Of a stretch of 64,000 bases of DNA, positions 43,892 through 54,071 are shown piece by piece (position 1 is the stretch's first letter; each line of letters starts with the position of its first letter). This DNA comes from an uncultured Anaerolineales bacterium (lineage in GTDB: Bacteria; Chloroflexota; Anaerolineae; UBA1429), in assembly GCA_964482225.1 (NCBI GenBank), contig CAYZWT010000023.1, positions 113 through 64,112 of the forward strand, written 5' to 3'. The notes beneath the pieces were generated by a model. It was not told where the DNA came from, did no database searches, and saw only the letters and a program-made list of their open reading frames with translations. The translations under genes and the position numbers were made by a program.

Positions 43892-45463
43892 TCAGTTTGA
43901 CGCGCCGGTCGGCTCGTAGCGGAACCACTCGAAATCAGCGGGCGTCTCGCAATCTTGTCCGTTGCCCGTGGCATACATCCCAAGATACACGCCGGTAAAC
44001 CCACCGGCGACCTCTGTGGCCAAGTAGCGCATCTCGGCGGCGTCCAGGCGCACAGGCGCCCCGCCGTCCACAGCGCAGCTCATCTGGTACACCGGCTCCC
44101 CGCCCCAGCGGGCGCGCGCCCCCTCGACATGGGGCGTGGCCGCCGCGATGGTCAGCTCCACGGGGCCATCTGAAGGCAATTCTTGCCTCGCGGTTACCAC
44201 CGTGAGGCTGCCGATGGTCCGCCGCGCCAGGACGACCCGCGCGCCGCCCTCGCGCGCGACGGCGATCTCGATGCGATGACGGTCGTTCATCAACACCGAA
44301 AGGCCCGCCTCCTCGCCCTCGGTCTGGGGCTGGAAGTGGAGGCGCGCTGTAGCCGTCATCTCGTGGTGCTGCTGGCGACGGCCCACCCAGGTGGGCGAAT
44401 CCAACGCGCCCAGATGCGGCGCCGCGCCCCAGAGCCGCAGGAATCCGGGCAGCTGGCTCAGGCTGTAGCGCGCCGGATCGGGGTTGCGCAGATGGTTCCA
44501 GTGGAACGCAAGGGCCTCCGTCTCGAACGTATCCTCGACGACGCGATCCCAGCGGGTGGGCGCCTGCTGCGCGATGGCGGGCAGTTCGCTCTGTAGATCG
44601 GCCAGGCCGCCCTCGCCCACGACAGGCCAACCGTCCTCGGTCCAGCGTACGGGGGCCAGGTTGGTCTCGCGGCCCAGGTTGTGAAAGGTGGGATAGACGC
44701 CGTGGGGCCGCGTCCCCAAAAAGACCATCCACCAGGAGCCATCGTGGGCCTGCACCATGTCGGCGTGGCCGGTGGATTGGATCGGGCGGTCGGTGCTGCG
44801 GTGCGAGAGGATCGGATTGTGGGGGCAGGGCTCCCAGGGGCCATCGAGGGACGCGCTGCGGGCGATGGTGACCATGTGGCCGCGCTCGGTGCCGCCCTCG
44901 GCCAGTTGCAGGTAGTAGAGGCCGTTGATCTTGAACAGATGGGGCGCCTCGGGGTGCTGGCCGCCGCTGCCGTTCCACACGGAGCAGGGCTCTGCCAGGG
45001 CCTTGCCCGTGGCCATGTCCAGCGGGCAGGTGACGATCCCCCGGCCGGAGGTGGCGGTGAAATAGCAGGTCCCATCGTCGTCCCAGAAGAGGTCGGGGTC
45101 AATGCCGAGCAGGCCCGTATCTATCCAGATCGGGTCCGACCAGGGCCCCGCTGGGTCGTCGGCATGGACATAAAAGTGGCCGCCGCCGGTGACATTGGTG
45201 GTGACCATGTAAAAGCGCCCGGCATGATGGCGCAGGGTGGGGGCAAAGATGCCGCCCGAGGCGCGGCAGCCCGCCAGAGGGAGCTGTTCCGGGCGGGTGA
45301 GGCAATGGCCGATGGGCGCCCAATCCACCAGGTCGCGGCTGTGGAACAGGGGCACGCCGGGGAAATACTCGAAGGAGCTGGTCGCCAGATAGTAATCCCG
45401 CCCCACGCGGCAGATGGTGGGATCGGGGTAAAAGCCGGGAATCACCGGGTTGCGGTAGGGCAT
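43892..45463 (-). CDS. Glycoside hydrolase family 43 (beta-xylosidase/alpha-L-arabinofuranosidase) with a C-terminal beta-sandwich
   Basis: NPVIPGFYPDPTI, FEYFPGVPLFHSRDLVDW, DPDLFWDDDG. Confidence 0.85.
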   Translation of the reverse strand: MPYRNPVIPGFYPDPTICRVGRDYYLATSSFEYFPGVPLFHSRDLVDWAPIGHCLTRPEQLPLAGCRASGGIFAPTLRHHAGRFYMVTTNVTGGGHFYVHADDPAGPWSDPIWIDTGLLGIDPDLFWDDDGTCYFTATSGRGIVTCPLDMATGKALAEPCSVWNGSGGQHPEAPHLFKINGLYYLQLAEGGTERGHMVTIARSASLDGPWEPCPHNPILSHRSTDRPIQSTGHADMVQAHDGSWWMVFLGTRPHGVYPTFHNLGRETNLAPVRWTEDGWPVVGEGGLADLQSELPAIAQQAPTRWDRVVEDTFETEALAFHWNHLRNPDPARYSLSQLPGFLRLWGAAPHLGALDSPTWVGRRQQHHEMTATARLHFQPQTEGEEAGLSVLMNDRHRIEIAVAREGGARVVLARRTIGSLTVVTARQELPSDGPVELTIAAATPHVEGARARWGGEPVYQMSCAVDGGAPVRLDAAEMRYLATEVAGGFTGVYLGMYATGNGQDCETPADFEWFRYEPTGASN

Positions 45464-45705
45464 GGAGAGCCTCCTTGCTGCATGCTCGACTGTTCAGAGT
45501 ATACCACAAAGCAAAGGCGGAGGGCAGCAGGTGCGCATTCTCTTCAGGGCCGCCCCTCCGCAGCCGATGGTGCATGCCTTGCGTCCCGCTACAAGGTTGG
45601 CCGCAAAGCGGATTCCCCCAGCCCGCCAACTGTGTTATACTGCCGCCAATGTGCCGTTCGGCGCCCGCGCACCCGCAGGGCGCTCCACCACACAGGAGGG
45701 AAACA

Positions 45706-46704
45706 ATGGGAACCAAATCGCTACAACTGGGGCGCGCCTTTGGACTGGTGATGCGCACCCTGCCCATCGCCCTGGTGCGCCTGGGCGTGCTGCTGCTCTT
45801 TTGGCTGGCGGCCCTGGTGTACCTGGCCATCGTGGGCGGCCTCGCCTGGCTGGTGAGCCAGGCCATTCCCATTGCAGGCATCATCGTCGCCATCATTGGC
45901 CTGGGCGGCATGGGCTACTTGTACTATCTGGCGCGGCGCTATGTCCTGTATCTGATCAAGGCCGCCCAGATCGCCGTCATGGCCGAGTTGCTGGTGCGCG
46001 AGGCGCTGCCCGCCGGGGCCAACCAGTTGGCCTGGGGCAAGCAGCGGGTGCAAGAGCGCTTTGGCGAGGCCAGCATCATGTTCGTCGTGGATCAGATGGT
46101 GGCGGGCATCATCAGCGTCTTTACCGGCGCGGTCTATGGCATCGCCTCGATCTTGCCCGGCGGCGCGCTGCGCAGCCTGGCCCAGATCGTCAACCGCGTG
46201 GTGCGTTTCTCCCTGACCTATGTGGATGAGGCGATCCTGGCGCGCGCCTTTTGGACCGATTCCGAGGACGTGTGGACCAACGCCCGCGATGGCGTGGTGC
46301 TGTATGGCATGGTCTGGAAACCGCTGCTGATGAACGCCGTGGCCCTGATGGTGCTGAGCTATATCCCCTTTGTGCTGGTCTGGATCATCGTGGCGGCGCC
46401 CATCGGCTTCCTGGCCAACGCCATCTCGTCGTCGTTTGCAGGCTGGAGCATCATTGCGACGTTGCTGCTGGCGTGGCTGGTCAAGGTCGCCATCGGCGAT
46501 ACCTTTGCGATGGCGGCCATGCTCGCCGCCTACCAGCGCTCTACCGAGGGCTTGACCCCCGATCCCGGCGTGACGGCCAAGCTGGAGCAGATCAGCTCCA
46601 AGTTCCGTGGCCTGCAGGATCGGGCGCGCCAGGCGATGGGCGGACGGGCCGTCCCCCCCGCGCCGGAGGACGGTCCGCCCCAGCCGTTCGACGTGGGCGC
46701 CTAG
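45706..46704 (+). CDS. Hypothetical polytopic membrane protein
   Basis: RBS AGGAGGG; about six TM helices; no family recognised. Confidence 0.45.
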   Translation: MGTKSLQLGRAFGLVMRTLPIALVRLGVLLLFWLAALVYLAIVGGLAWLVSQAIPIAGIIVAIIGLGGMGYLYYLARRYVLYLIKAAQIAVMAELLVREALPAGANQLAWGKQRVQERFGEASIMFVVDQMVAGIISVFTGAVYGIASILPGGALRSLAQIVNRVVRFSLTYVDEAILARAFWTDSEDVWTNARDGVVLYGMVWKPLLMNAVALMVLSYIPFVLVWIIVAAPIGFLANAISSSFAGWSIIATLLLAWLVKVAIGDTFAMAAMLAAYQRSTEGLTPDPGVTAKLEQISSKFRGLQDRARQAMGGRAVPPAPEDGPPQPFDVGA

Positions 46705-46784
46705 CCGGGCGCGCATGCCGCTGGACATCTACGCCCTCTTTCCGTATCCTATCCGCAAGGAACCGGACGGAAAGGGGGCTTGGC

Positions 46785-48197
46785 ATGCCGCAACCGAACA
46801 TCGTGTTCATCCTCATTGACGACATGGGCTGGCGCGATCTGGGCTGTTACGGCAGTTCATTCTACGAGACGCCCCATATTGACCGGCTGGCGGCCCAGGG
46901 CGTGCGTTTCACCGACGCCTATGCCGCGTGCCCGGTCTGTTCGCCCACCCGCGCCAGCATCCTGACGGGCAAGTATCCCGCCACCGTGGGCATCACCGAC
47001 TGGATTGACTGGGGCAGCGAGACCCACCCTTGCCGGGGGCGGCTGGTGGATGTGCCCTACCGTAAAGAGCTGCCCGCCGGAGAGTACACCCTGGCCCACG
47101 CCCTGGGCGCGGCGGGCTATGCCACCTGGCACGTGGGCAAGTGGCACCTGGGCGGGCCGGGCGCGGCCCCCACTGACCACGGGTTCGACGTCAATGTCGG
47201 GGGCTGCCACTGGGGCTCGCCGGGCCGCGAGGGCTATTTCAGCCCCTGGGGCATCCCGGCCCTCAAGGAGGCCGACGTGCCGCCGGGCACCTATCTCACC
47301 GATTACCTCACGGATCAGGCCATTTCCCTCATCGAGGGCGGCGGCGGGCGCCCCTTTTTCCTGAACCTCTGGTACTATACGGTGCACACGCCCATCCAGG
47401 CCAAGCCCGAGACCATCGCCAAGTACGAGGCCAAGGCGCGGCGCCTGGGGCTGGATCGCATCGAGCCGATGGTCGAGGGGGAGCCGTTCCCCACCGAGCA
47501 CAAGCGCCACCTGCGGGTGCAGCGCCGCCGCCTGCAATCGGATCCGGTGTACGCCGCCATGGTCGAGCACTTGGACGACAATGTGGGGCGGCTGCTGGAC
47601 GCCTTGGAGCGCACCGGCCACGCCCAGGACACCATCCTGGTCTTTTTCTCCGACAATGGCGGGCTGGCCACCGCCGAGGGCTCGCCCACCTGCAACGCGC
47701 CCCTGGCCGAGGGCAAGGGCTGGATGTACGAGGGCGGCACGCGTGAGCCGTTGCTGGTGCGCTGGCCGGGCGTTGCCCAGCCGGGCGACTTGTGCGCCGA
47801 GCCGGTCACCAGCACCGATTTCTACCCGACCATCCTGGAGATGGCCGGGCTGCCCCTGCTGCCGCACCAGCACGTGGACGGCGTCAGCTTTCTGCCCTTG
47901 CTGCGCGGCAACACCGCCCCAGAGCGTGACGCCATCTACTGGCATTATCCCCACTATGGCAACCAGGGCGGCACCCCCGGCTGCTCGCTGCGGGCGGGCG
48001 ATTACAAGCTGATCGAGTTCTTTGAGGATGGTCGCCTGGAGCTCTACAACCTGCGCGAGGACGTCTCCGAGGGGCGCAACCTGGCCGCAGAGTTGCCCGA
48101 GCTGACAGCCGAGCTGCACGCCCGGCTCGTGGCCTGGCGCGAGAGAGTCGAGGCCCAGATCCCGCAGCGCAACCCGAACTGGGGCGCGCAGCCGTGA
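46785..48197 (+). CDS. Formylglycine-dependent sulfatase (arylsulfatase family)
   Basis: ILIDDMGWRDLGCYG; CSPTRASILTG (C-x-P-x-R); GKWHLG. Confidence 0.85.
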   Translation: MPQPNIVFILIDDMGWRDLGCYGSSFYETPHIDRLAAQGVRFTDAYAACPVCSPTRASILTGKYPATVGITDWIDWGSETHPCRGRLVDVPYRKELPAGEYTLAHALGAAGYATWHVGKWHLGGPGAAPTDHGFDVNVGGCHWGSPGREGYFSPWGIPALKEADVPPGTYLTDYLTDQAISLIEGGGGRPFFLNLWYYTVHTPIQAKPETIAKYEAKARRLGLDRIEPMVEGEPFPTEHKRHLRVQRRRLQSDPVYAAMVEHLDDNVGRLLDALERTGHAQDTILVFFSDNGGLATAEGSPTCNAPLAEGKGWMYEGGTREPLLVRWPGVAQPGDLCAEPVTSTDFYPTILEMAGLPLLPHQHVDGVSFLPLLRGNTAPERDAIYWHYPHYGNQGGTPGCSLRAGDYKLIEFFEDGRLELYNLREDVSEGRNLAAELPELTAELHARLVAWRERVEAQIPQRNPNWGAQP

Positions 48198-48276
48198 CGA
48201 GCGCTACCGCTCTGGCAGGGTTGGGCCTATAATCAGGGCGTTTGCGCGTCGTCGCCGCCGTGCGCCGCCTGTTGCC

Positions 48277-49161
48277 ATGCAAGAAAAGAGACTCACCATG
48301 ACCCAGAACGCCATCGTTGCCGAGAACCTGGTCTATCGCTACGGCCACCTCACGGCCGTGGACGACATCAGCTTTGCCGTGGCCGAAGGCGAGATCCTCG
48401 GCTTTCTGGGGCCCAACGGCGCCGGCAAGACCACCACCGTGCGCATGCTCACCGGCCAATCCAGGCCCCACGGCGGGCGTGCTCTTCTATTGGGATTGGA
48501 CGTGGCCCGCGAGACCGCCGCCGTCCAGGCCCAGATCGGCGTCTGCTTCGAGGTCGCCAATCTGTATGAGCAGATGTCCGCCATCGAGAACCTGGCCCTG
48601 TTCGGCAAGCTCTATGGCGTGCGCGACCTGGATGTGGACGCGCTGCTGCGGCGGGTGGGGCTGGATGGCCGGGGGCGCGACCGGGTGGCGGGCTATTCCA
48701 AGGGCATGAAGCAGCGCCTGATGGTGGCGCGGGCGCTGGCGCACCGGCCGCGCATTCTCTTTCTGGACGAGCCCACCGAGGGGCTGGACCCTGTCTCTGC
48801 CGAGGCGATTCGCAACCTGGTGCTGGAGGAGCGCGCTCGGGGCGTTACTGTGTTTCTCACCACCCATGACATGCTAGAGGCGGACCGCATCTGCGACCGG
48901 GTGGCCTTTATAAACCAGGGGCGCATCGCCGCCCTGGATACGCCCCACAGCCTCAAGCAGCGCTATGGCGCCCGCGTCATCGAGGCCCAGGTCCAGGGCG
49001 CCGGGGGCGCGTTGGAGACCCGCCAGATCGTGTTGGACAAGCCCGAGACGCCCGAGGCCGTGCAGGCGTTGTTCAGCCAGGAACAGGTGGTGACTATCCA
49101 CAGCCGCGAGGCCAGCCTGGAGGACATTTTCATCCGGACCACCGGGCGAGGGCTGGCATGA
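48277..49161 (+). CDS. ABC transporter ATP-binding protein (ABC-2/DrrA-like)
   Basis: GPNGAGKTT Walker A; LSGGMKQRL-like YSKGMKQRL; LFLDEPT Walker B. Confidence 0.85.
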   Translation: MQEKRLTMTQNAIVAENLVYRYGHLTAVDDISFAVAEGEILGFLGPNGAGKTTTVRMLTGQSRPHGGRALLLGLDVARETAAVQAQIGVCFEVANLYEQMSAIENLALFGKLYGVRDLDVDALLRRVGLDGRGRDRVAGYSKGMKQRLMVARALAHRPRILFLDEPTEGLDPVSAEAIRNLVLEERARGVTVFLTTHDMLEADRICDRVAFINQGRIAALDTPHSLKQRYGARVIEAQVQGAGGALETRQIVLDKPETPEAVQALFSQEQVVTIHSREASLEDIFIRTTGRGLA

Positions 49162-50237
49162 TGCACTGGCAAGCCATCGGCGCCCTGATCTCCAAAGACC
49201 TGCGGTTGTTCTTTCGCAACCGTTTCTTTGCCTTTATCACGGTGCTGAGCCTGGTCGTCTTTATAGGCGTCTATTTCGTCATGCCCCGCACCGTGGATGA
49301 AACGATCTCGCTGGCGGTGTATGCCCCCGGCGCTGGCGGAGAGGCCCTGCTGCGCCTGATGCAGGCCGAGGGGGCCGAGGCCGAGGGCCTGATCCTGCTG
49401 ATGATGGGTTCTGATGATGCCCTGCGCCAGGCTGTGCTGGATGAAGATGCGGTGGCCGGGTTGGCGTTGCCTGCCGATCTGCAACCGGCGCTGCTGGCGG
49501 GCGGGCGCCCCACCGTGGGGCTTTATTTGCGGGCCGACGCTGCCCCAGAGATGCAAGAGATGATGCAAGCCCTGATTGAGGGGCTATCGCTGGCCCTGAG
49601 CGGCCGGGCGTTGCAGATCGAGGTGCGCGCCGAGACCCTGGGCCCCGATCTGGCGGGCGAGCAGATCCCTTACCGCGACCGGATGCGCCCCCTGTTTGCC
49701 GTCATGGTGCTGATGATGGAGGTTTTTGGCCTGGCCTCGCTTCTCTCCGAAGAGATCGAGAGCGGCGCCATCCGCGCCCTGCTGGCGACGCCCCTGGGCG
49801 TGAGGGAGTTGTTTGTGGCCAAGGGCGCTGTCAGCCTGCTCTTGAGCCTCAGCCAGGCGGTGCTGCTCCTGTGGGCCATCGGCGGGCTGGGACAGCAGGC
49901 GTTGATCCTGCTCGTTGCCCTGCTGTTGGGCGCTGCGATGGTGACGGGCGTGGGGTTCCTGGTGGCCGCCTCTGGGCGCGACATGCTTTCCGTCACCGGC
50001 CTGGCGATGCTGGCGCTCCTGCTGTTGAGTGTACCGCCCTTTGGGGTACTGTTCCCCGGCCTGGTGACGGGCTGGGCCCGCATCATCCCCTCTCACTACT
50101 TGGCGACTGTCGTACACCAGGCGGGCAACCTGGGCGCCGGCTGGGGCCAGATCTGGCAGCCGCTGCTGATTCTGTTGGCCTTTGATGTCGCCATCGGCTG
50201 GGCCGGAGTGGCCGTCCTCAAGCGGAGGTTCGCATGA
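49158..50237 (+). CDS. ABC-2 family permease
   Basis: Six-TM ABC-2 topology; translationally coupled to the ATPase. Confidence 0.65.
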   Translation: MMHWQAIGALISKDLRLFFRNRFFAFITVLSLVVFIGVYFVMPRTVDETISLAVYAPGAGGEALLRLMQAEGAEAEGLILLMMGSDDALRQAVLDEDAVAGLALPADLQPALLAGGRPTVGLYLRADAAPEMQEMMQALIEGLSLALSGRALQIEVRAETLGPDLAGEQIPYRDRMRPLFAVMVLMMEVFGLASLLSEEIESGAIRALLATPLGVRELFVAKGAVSLLLSLSQAVLLLWAIGGLGQQALILLVALLLGAAMVTGVGFLVAASGRDMLSVTGLAMLALLLLSVPPFGVLFPGLVTGWARIIPSHYLATVVHQAGNLGAGWGQIWQPLLILLAFDVAIGWAGVAVLKRRFA

Positions 50238-51292
50238 AGCTCAAACGCATCCTGGCGCTAATGGCCAAAGACCTGTTCCACGGCTCGCGCAGCCTGATCT
50301 TTGTCTTTGCCGTGGTGATTCCGTTGGTGGCCAGCCTGGTGATCTCGCTGCTGCTGGGCACCCTCTTTGAGGGCAAGCCGCGCCTGGGCCTGGCCGATCC
50401 GGGCGGCTCGGCGCTGGCCGGCGAGCTGGCCCAGCTCGATTACCTGACGACCCGTTCCTATAAAGACGCGACGGCCCTGCGGCGCGACGTGGAGCGCGGC
50501 GCCCTGGACATGGGGATCGTGCTGCCCGCCGGGGTGGACCAGGCGTTGGCCGAGGGCCGCGTCGCTGCGCTGGATGTCTATGTCTGGGGAGAGAGCCTGA
50601 TCAAGGATCGCACCGTGCTGGCGGCGGCCCTTGCGCGCCAGGTGATGGCCCTCTCAGGGGGCGGGCCGCCCGTCGAGGTGATTACCACCCTGCTGGGCGA
50701 TGGGCGCGCCATTACCTGGGCTGAGCGTCTCTTTCCCCTGATCGTGATCATGACCATCGTCCTGGGGGGCACAATGGCGCCCGCCACCTCGCTGGTGCAG
50801 GAGAAGCAGGCCCGCACCCTGACGGCTCTGACCATTACGCCCGCCAGCTATGGCGAAGTGCTCATCGCCAAGGCCGCCGTGGGCGCTCTGGTCACCACCA
50901 TCATGGGCGTCGCGATCCTGGCCCTGAACCGCGCCTTTGGCGTCCAGCCTGTGCTCATGGTCGGGCTGGTGGCCCTGAGCGCGCTGCTGGCCGCCGAGTT
51001 CGGCGTGATCCTGGGCACTCTGGTGGGCGATATCAGCACGCTGTTCACGGTGGTCAAGGGGTTGGGCATCCTGCTGTATGCGCCCGCCATCTTTTACCTG
51101 TTCCCCGAGCTGCCCGGCTGGTTGGCGCGGCTCTTTCCCACCTACTATATGCTGGGGCCCATCGTCGAGGTGAGCATGTCCGGGGCCGGCTGGGGCGAGA
51201 TCCGCGGGGATGTGGCGATCCTCTGCGGCCTGATCGTGGCAGGGGGCGTGGCCGCCGGCCTGATCGCGCGGCGGACGATGCAGCGGGCCTGA
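50234..51292 (+). CDS. ABC-2 family permease (second)
   Basis: Six-TM ABC-2 topology; overlaps the upstream stop. Confidence 0.65.
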   Translation: MKLKRILALMAKDLFHGSRSLIFVFAVVIPLVASLVISLLLGTLFEGKPRLGLADPGGSALAGELAQLDYLTTRSYKDATALRRDVERGALDMGIVLPAGVDQALAEGRVAALDVYVWGESLIKDRTVLAAALARQVMALSGGGPPVEVITTLLGDGRAITWAERLFPLIVIMTIVLGGTMAPATSLVQEKQARTLTALTITPASYGEVLIAKAAVGALVTTIMGVAILALNRAFGVQPVLMVGLVALSALLAAEFGVILGTLVGDISTLFTVVKGLGILLYAPAIFYLFPELPGWLARLFPTYYMLGPIVEVSMSGAGWGEIRGDVAILCGLIVAGGVAAGLIARRTMQRA

Positions 51293-51417
51293 GGCAGAGG
51301 CGCCACAACGCAACGCCAAGAGCGCAGCAGACCGATCTTGCTGCGCTCTTGTATACGCCAGTCCGCCGCGCCCCCTTGTATGGCGGCGCGGCGGGCGCCT
51401 GATAATGCTATGCTAAC

Positions 51418-51510
51418 CTAGCGACGGCGCTGGAAACGCATCTTTTTCCGCATCTTGCGGTACTTGTGACGCGCGATCTTTTTCCGACGCTTTTTGATCA
51501 CACTACCCAT
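51418..51510 (-). CDS. Ribosomal protein bS22 (30-aa Arg/Lys-rich mini-protein, AURKAIP1/COX24-like)
   Basis: MGSVIKKRRKKIARHKYRKMRKKMRFQRRR. RBS AGGAGAGAGGTG. Not in the ORF track because it is under 60 aa. Confidence 0.6.
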   Translation of the reverse strand: MGSVIKKRRKKIARHKYRKMRKKMRFQRRR

Positions 51511-51606
51511 ATATTCACCTCTCTCCTTGCAGGATTCTATATACAGATCATAGCACAGGTGCGGGTTTCTGACGAATCGCAGGGTTGATCCGCCTGATGC
51601 GCCGCG

Positions 51607-52071
51607 TCACTCCTCATCCTCAGCGCCAGGCGGCGAGGGCTGGATGATCTCGATCACCTGTCCGTGTACGTCAACGACGATGCGAAAGCCATACACCCGC
51701 AGCAGAGGCGCCCATTGGTCAGGGTCACTCTGGCGGATGCTCTGGCCCATATTGCGGATAGAGGCCTCCAGCGCGGCCTTGGCCAGGATATCGTCGGTGC
51801 CCATCATCTCGAGGATCTGTTGCACCAGTTCCTCGCGCATGGGCAACATCTGCTCTTGCAGGGCGGCAATGACGGCATTATCAACGCGAAAGGCCTCCAC
51901 GTGCCGCATGAACCCATCATCCGGGATGGCATAATGGGCCACGCCGCCAATGCTGACCACCGGCGCCTCCTCGCCAGCCTGGTTGTACACAAGGCCGGGG
52001 AACACCGCTTTGCGCAGCGCCAGGTCATCCTGCGAATCGGTTGGTTGGGGCGATCCAGTTTCACCGGTCAT
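51607..52071 (-). CDS. Hypothetical acidic cytoplasmic protein
   Basis: ORF with plausible start MTGETGS; no family recognised. Confidence 0.35.
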   Translation of the reverse strand: MTGETGSPQPTDSQDDLALRKAVFPGLVYNQAGEEAPVVSIGGVAHYAIPDDGFMRHVEAFRVDNAVIAALQEQMLPMREELVQQILEMMGTDDILAKAALEASIRNMGQSIRQSDPDQWAPLLRVYGFRIVVDVHGQVIEIIQPSPPGAEDEE

Positions 52072-52199
52072 AGCGGATACCTCCTTGTGCAGACACCCTT
52101 GATTATAGGGGAGGGGCATACTATGTCAACCGGCGTGCCTGAGGGCAGGGCTGCTCCCCGGTTTGTGGCGCGCCTGGCCTCTATGGTAAGATAGCCGCA

Positions 52200-53579
52200 A
52201 TGAACAAGACGCCGAACCATGAACCCGAGCAAGAGCTGAGCGACCGCGAGCGCGAGATCCTGGCTTTGGTCGCCACAGGCGCCACCAACCAGCAGATCGC
52301 CAGGGCGCTGTACATCAGTCCCAACACGGTCAAGACGCACCTGCGCAACATCTTTGCCAAGCTGGGTGTGGAATCGCGCACCGAGGCGACCCTATTTGCC
52401 ATCCAGCGCGGCCTGGTTGTCGTAGAGGGCCAGGAGGGCGGCGCCCCTGAGGCGGGCGCCATCGAGCCGCCCACGCCCGAGGCGGCCCTGGAGCGTTATT
52501 GGGCCAGCCAGCGCGGCCTGCGCCCCCTGGGTTGGGCGCGTTCCCTGGCGCTGGCCGCCTCTCTGCTCTTGGCGCTGCTGGTGTTGCTCTGGCCCGGCCC
52601 GCGCCCCAGCGGCGCCCAGCCGGGCGCCGATACCCGCCTGTTCGATCTCCCCAACCCCGGCCAGGCCGAGGGCGAACAGGGGACCCTTTCGCGGTGGCGC
52701 GATGGGGCCCAGATGCCAGGCCCTGCTGGGCGCTTTGCCCAGGCCGAGGTGGGCGGCCTGATCTATGTCATCAGCGGCGCCGGTCCGGAGGGCCTCACAG
52801 ACGCGGTGCGGGTGTATGACGTCGCGAAAGACGTTTGGGAGCATGGCAGCCCCAAACCCACGCCCGCGGCCAACATCGGCGCGGCTGTGCTGGAGGGCCG
52901 CATCTATGTGCCCGGCGGCCTTGGAAGCGATGGCATGCCCTTGGATCGCCTCGAGATCTATGAACCCTTGGAGGATCGTTGGACCCAAGGCCCGTCTCTG
53001 CCGGTGCCCCTGTGCGCCTATGCCATTGTGGCCTATGGCCAGGGGTTCTACCTGCTGGGCGGCTGGGACGGCCAGCGCTATCTGGATACTGTGTATTACT
53101 ATGACATAAAGGGCGAGACTTGGCGCCTTGAGGGCCAGATGCCCACGCCCCGGGGCTTTGCCGCCGCTGCCCTGGCCGATGGCCGCATCTACCTGGTGGG
53201 CGGGTACGATGGCGAGGCCGAATACCGCACCTGCGAGTCCTATGATCCAGCCCTGGCCCAGGCGGGGCTGGACCCCTGGCGCTCTCACGCGCCCATGCGC
53301 TCGGGCCGCGCTGGCCACGCCAGTGTGACGGTGCTGGGGCACCTATACGTCTTGGGCGGCGGCTGGGAGCAACCCTTTGCCGTGAACGAACGCTATGACG
53401 TGGCCAACGACGTGTGGTCCACCTTTGATAGCCCCGTGGTGGGCGAGTGGCGCACCCTGGGCGCCTCGCGCATAGATACCGGCGCGGGCACCTTTATCTA
53501 CACCATTGGCGGCTGGAGCGGCAACTATCTCAGCGCCGTCAGGGCCTATCAGGCGTTCTATCGCATCTATCTGCCATAG
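52200..53579 (+). CDS. One-component transmembrane regulator: N-terminal LuxR-type HTH, single TM, C-terminal Kelch-repeat beta-propeller
   Basis: LSDREREILALVATGATNQQIARALYISPNTVKTHLRNIFAKLGV; TM ALAASLLLALLVLLW; six or more Kelch-like repeats (GG.DG...Y.Y). Confidence 0.7.
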   Translation: MNKTPNHEPEQELSDREREILALVATGATNQQIARALYISPNTVKTHLRNIFAKLGVESRTEATLFAIQRGLVVVEGQEGGAPEAGAIEPPTPEAALERYWASQRGLRPLGWARSLALAASLLLALLVLLWPGPRPSGAQPGADTRLFDLPNPGQAEGEQGTLSRWRDGAQMPGPAGRFAQAEVGGLIYVISGAGPEGLTDAVRVYDVAKDVWEHGSPKPTPAANIGAAVLEGRIYVPGGLGSDGMPLDRLEIYEPLEDRWTQGPSLPVPLCAYAIVAYGQGFYLLGGWDGQRYLDTVYYYDIKGETWRLEGQMPTPRGFAAAALADGRIYLVGGYDGEAEYRTCESYDPALAQAGLDPWRSHAPMRSGRAGHASVTVLGHLYVLGGGWEQPFAVNERYDVANDVWSTFDSPVVGEWRTLGASRIDTGAGTFIYTIGGWSGNYLSAVRAYQAFYRIYLP

Positions 53580-53590
53580 AAGGGAGCGGC

Positions 53591-54019
53591 GTGGCGGGAG
53601 CAGAGTATCGCGCACAGGTCAAGTGGATCGAGGGGTTGCAGTTCGTGGCCCGGGGGCTGGGCTCGGAGACGGCGATTGTGCTGGATGGCGCCGTAGAGAA
53701 CGGCGGCCTGGGCCAGGGCCTGCGCCCCTTTGAGGCGTTGCTTTCGGCGATGGCGGGCTGCTCCGCGATGGACGTGGTGCTCATCCTGCAAAAGATGCGC
53801 CAGGAGGTCACGGGGCTGACCGTCAACGTGGTGGGCGAGCGCGGCGAAGAGCATCCCCGCCCCCTGGTGCGGGCCACCATCGAGTATGTGGTGCGGGGCC
53901 AAGGCCTCTCGCCCCAGGCCGTGGAGCGCGCCGTGCGCCTCTCCCAGACCAAGTACTGCGGCGTCATTGCCAGCCTCAAGACCGAGGTGCAAGCGACCTA
54001 TCGCGTCGAAGAGGGGTGA
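53591..54019 (+). CDS. OsmC/Ohr-family peroxiredoxin-like protein
   Basis: LSAMAGCSAMDV ... TKYCGV (two conserved Cys). RBS AAGGGAG, GTG start. Confidence 0.75.
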   Translation: MAGAEYRAQVKWIEGLQFVARGLGSETAIVLDGAVENGGLGQGLRPFEALLSAMAGCSAMDVVLILQKMRQEVTGLTVNVVGERGEEHPRPLVRATIEYVVRGQGLSPQAVERAVRLSQTKYCGVIASLKTEVQATYRVEEG

Positions 54020-54071
54020 CCGGCGCCCGGCTATGGTATAATACCGGCATCGCGCAGGAGCAAGAGCCCGG

